DNA of 20,000 nt, from positions 56,249 to 76,248 of IMG/VR virus record IMGVR_UViG_3300027413_000005; one strand, written 5' to 3'. This document shows positions 18,901 through 20,000 of this stretch, piece by piece. Numbering within the stretch: the first letter of the stretch is position 1; each line of letters begins with the position of its first letter. The notes beneath the pieces are model-generated. The model was given only the letters and a program-made list of their open reading frames with translations, ran no database searches and was not told the origin of the DNA. A program made the position numbers and the translations under genes. This stretch comes from an uncultured virus (IMG/VR IMGVR_UViG_3300027413_000005). Its lineage: Duplodnaviria; Heunggongvirae; Uroviricota; Caudoviricetes.

Positions 18901-20000
18901 AGTGGTAGCTCAGGAACAACTGGCACATCAGGGACTAGTGGTACAACTGGAGAGGATGGAACCTCTGGTACAAGTGGTAGCAGTGGGACATCTGGTACTA
19001 GTGGAGAAACAGGGACATCTGGTACTAGTGGAACAAGTGGGAGCTCTGGTGAAGATGGTACAAGTGGATCTTCTGGTACAGCTGGAACTAGTGGATCGAG
19101 TGGAACAACAGGTACTTCTGGAACTAGTGGTACATCTGGATCTTCAGGAGATGACGGTAGTTCAGGGACTACTGGAACTAGTGGAACTTCTGGTACATCA
19201 GGAACATCAGGAAGTTCAGGAAATAATGGAAGTAATGGAACTAGTGGTACAAGTGGGTCTTCAGGAACTAGTGGAACTTCAGGCAGCAGTGGTACAAGTG
19301 GTACCAGTGGCAGCAGTGGTACAAGTGGTACTTCTGGTACAAGTGGTACTTCAGGTTCAAGTGGTAGTTCTGGATCAACCCCTGCAGATCAAGTGTGTGG
19401 AACTGGTGTAGCCACAAGAGTTGCATGGTGGGAAAACACTACGTGCATAAGTCATGATGCAGATCTTTATTGGGACAATACTAATAAAAGATTAGGAATT
19501 GGCACTGCTGTACCAACAACTCCTTTACATATTGATATAGGCACCAACGACACAGGTATTCTAGTTGAAAGCTCAGATACATATGCACGCATACGGTTAA
19601 AAGACCAGTATGGGGAGGGTTCAATAGCTGCTTTATCTTCAAATTTATTATTTAGCACAGCCGCTAACTTTTCTGAAATGATGCGCCTTAATGATAATGG
19701 CAACCTTGGAATCGGTCAAACCGGTCCCCAAGAAAGACTCACCGTTAGCCAAGGAACAGGGAACGTTGCTATACAAATACACGCATTCAATGGTTCAGTT
19801 GGGACAGAGGCTACTTTAAAATTTAGCACCGCTGCTTCAACAGCCTCACAAGTAAAAGCGGCTATTATAGCCAGAAATACAGCAGGTAGTTTTGGAAGAA
19901 GTGACATGCACTTCGCTTTAGATTCTGCAGCAGACGGTAATAACGTCGAGCTTTCAGATACAAAAATGATCATATTAAATGGTGGCAACGTTGGTATTGG
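15943..20000 (+). CDS. Long fibre protein with Gly-Thr/Ser collagen-like tracts, a C1q/TNF-like domain and GIG fibre repeats (3'-truncated, >1352 aa; absent from the ORF track)
   Basis: Manual translation from ATG 15943 (MSKLICVADPCPIRLSSACVFYEGP...) shows no stop to the window end (...KMIILNGGNVGI). It starts 15 nt after the gene 3 stop. Confidence 0.9.
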   Translation, partial: MSKLICVADPCPIRLSSACVFYEGPILVCAGVNTNMTVEEALQHINDALCSGAGVDGTSGSSGTSGTSGTTGTSGTSATSGTSGTTGTSGTSGSSGTSATSGTSGTTGTSGTTGTSGTTGTSGTTGTSGTTGTSGTSGTSGTSGSSGSSGSSGSSGTTGTSGTTGSSGSSGTSGTSGTSGTSGTSGDQGDKYKTCITETSFTLGNTVDECLTVDTGLAYTAGQSIVIAHDVNNYQECDVVSYDSTTGVLCFTVPFNVVGSGTYTTWCCNLDGATGGDGSHGTSGTSGTTGSSGSSGTTGTSGTSGTTGTSGTTGTSGSSGTSGTSGSAGTSGSAGTSGTTGTSGTTGTSGSSGTTGTSGTSGSAGTSGTSGSSGTTGTSGSAGSSGTSGTSGTSGTTGTSGSTGTSGTAGTSGINGSSGASIANWYAMFSDNTTQTLAAANVPTAVLFNTIELSNGIALDFGQQIRYPYAGVYEVGYSLQFEKTAGVGHTEIDVWLQKNGTDLVRKDRIQSLHHNDAIHTPYTQFIIELEAGDYLEVYFASNNANTRLDAFPNSITPFQKPAAPSAIFNTVQVGISVGMTSGTSGTSGTSGTSGSSGTKGTSGTSGSSGIDGTFGTSGTTGTSGTTGTSGTSGTSGTSGSSGIDGTSGTSGSAGTSGSSATSGTRGTSGTSGTSGNSGSSGTSGSSGNAGTSGTAGTSGSSGDDGTSGSSGTAGSSGSSGETGSSGTAGSSGTSGTTGIDGTSGSSGSSGDTGSSGTSGTSGSSGSSGNSGSSGTSGTSGTSGSSGNTGSSGTSGTSGSSGTAGTSGADGSFGGACFDYTFSTTVPNPAANPGTGKVQLNNATQTSATRLYISEFDDDGNNIQSFLESIDASTSAIKGHVRLADKDDSRDFILFAIDELTDNGSWWTLVVINESQGGLPLTNFEDITACFVLTGDKGDPGVDGTSGSSGTSGTSGSSGDSGSSGTSGTAGTSGTSAQNGTSGTSGTSGSSGTTGTSGTSGTTGEDGTSGTSGSSGTSGTSGETGTSGTSGTSGSSGEDGTSGSSGTAGTSGSSGTTGTSGTSGTSGSSGDDGSSGTTGTSGTSGTSGTSGSSGNNGSNGTSGTSGSSGTSGTSGSSGTSGTSGSSGTSGTSGTSGTSGSSGSSGSTPADQVCGTGVATRVAWWENTTCISHDADLYWDNTNKRLGIGTAVPTTPLHIDIGTNDTGILVESSDTYARIRLKDQYGEGSIAALSSNLLFSTAANFSEMMRLNDNGNLGIGQTGPQERLTVSQGTGNVAIQIHAFNGSVGTEATLKFSTAASTASQVKAAIIARNTAGSFGRSDMHFALDSAADGNNVELSDTKMIILNGGNVGI
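16102..16515 (+). repeat. Gly-X-Y tract 1 (46 triplets, mostly GTS/GTT/GSS)
   Basis: 9-nt periodicity; Gly every third codon except Ala at 16174 and 16237. Confidence 0.95.
16756..17205 (+). repeat. Gly-X-Y tract 2 (50 triplets)
   Basis: Uninterrupted Gly register from GAT GGD GSH to GSS GAS. Confidence 0.95.
17206..17670 (+). other. C1q/TNF-like (BclA C-terminal-like) jelly-roll domain within the fibre
   Basis: AVLFNT....NG.......IRYPYAGVYEVGYSLQF...VWLQKNG...IIELEAGDYLEVY matches the gC1q-like strand pattern by eye. Confidence 0.7.
17686..18387 (+). repeat. Gly-X-Y tract 3 (78 triplets)
   Basis: Gly register with one Ala substitution at 17920. Confidence 0.95.
18742..19380 (+). repeat. 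Gly-X-Y tract 4 (71 triplets)
   Basis: Gly register with one Ala substitution at 18868; contains the only Pro of all four tracts (GDP). Confidence 0.95.
19489..20000 (+). repeat. G(N)(L/V)GIG tail-fibre shaft repeats (three copies visible)
   Basis: RLGIGTAVP..PLHI (19489), GNLGIGQTGP.ERLTV (19699) and GNVGI(G) (19984); FSTAA also recurs at 19651 and 19822. Confidence 0.75.

Noticed and set aside
16102..19380. Ice-nucleation protein or diversity-generating retroelement target
   Set aside because: Periodicity is 3 residues rather than the AGYGSTxT 8/16-mer, and no reverse transcriptase or adenine-specific TR/VR pair is visible.
16026..19411. Plus-strand track ORFs rich in V/Q/L/E (16026, 16109, 16757, 17873, 18170, 18761)
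   Set aside because: They are alternative-frame shadows of the Gly-Thr-Ser repeats inside the real ORF starting at 15943.
16644..19988. Minus-strand ORFs, including the VP/LVP-repeat proteins
   Set aside because: Antisense shadows of the fibre gene (GGN read as NCC/CCN); no independent evidence of coding.
1..20000. Stop-codon reassignment (TAG or TGA) as known in some crAss-like phages
   Set aside because: All four genes read through under the standard code and the three visible stops are TAA. There is no evidence for recoding here, though it is not excluded genome-wide.

Overview
AT-rich, densely coding, all plus-strand segment of a bacteriophage genome. It most resembles crAss-like/phi14:2-like phages of Bacteroidota (inferred from motifs and gene order; no search was run). 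Four real genes: (1) a 5'-truncated giant protein (>3514 aa, open from base 2) with coiled-coil-like segments, a degenerate zincin-like domain and a virion RNA polymerase (RIPTQ...GSDFDIDK); (2) a 1621-aa putative co-ejected protein with a second degenerate zincin-like domain, a PD-(D/E)xK nuclease and a C-terminal hydrophobic helix; (3) a 141-aa putative structural protein; (4) a 3'-truncated >1352-aa fibre protein missing from the ORF track, with four nearly Pro-free Gly-(Thr/Ser)-(Ser/Thr) tracts (245 triplets) alternating with globular domains, including a C1q/TNF-like domain and GIG fibre repeats. Most notable: in >5100 aa of genes 1 and 2 there are only two cysteines, facing each other across an in-frame single-stop junction, and a 113-codon in-frame unit in gene 1 is delimited by 24-bp direct repeats.
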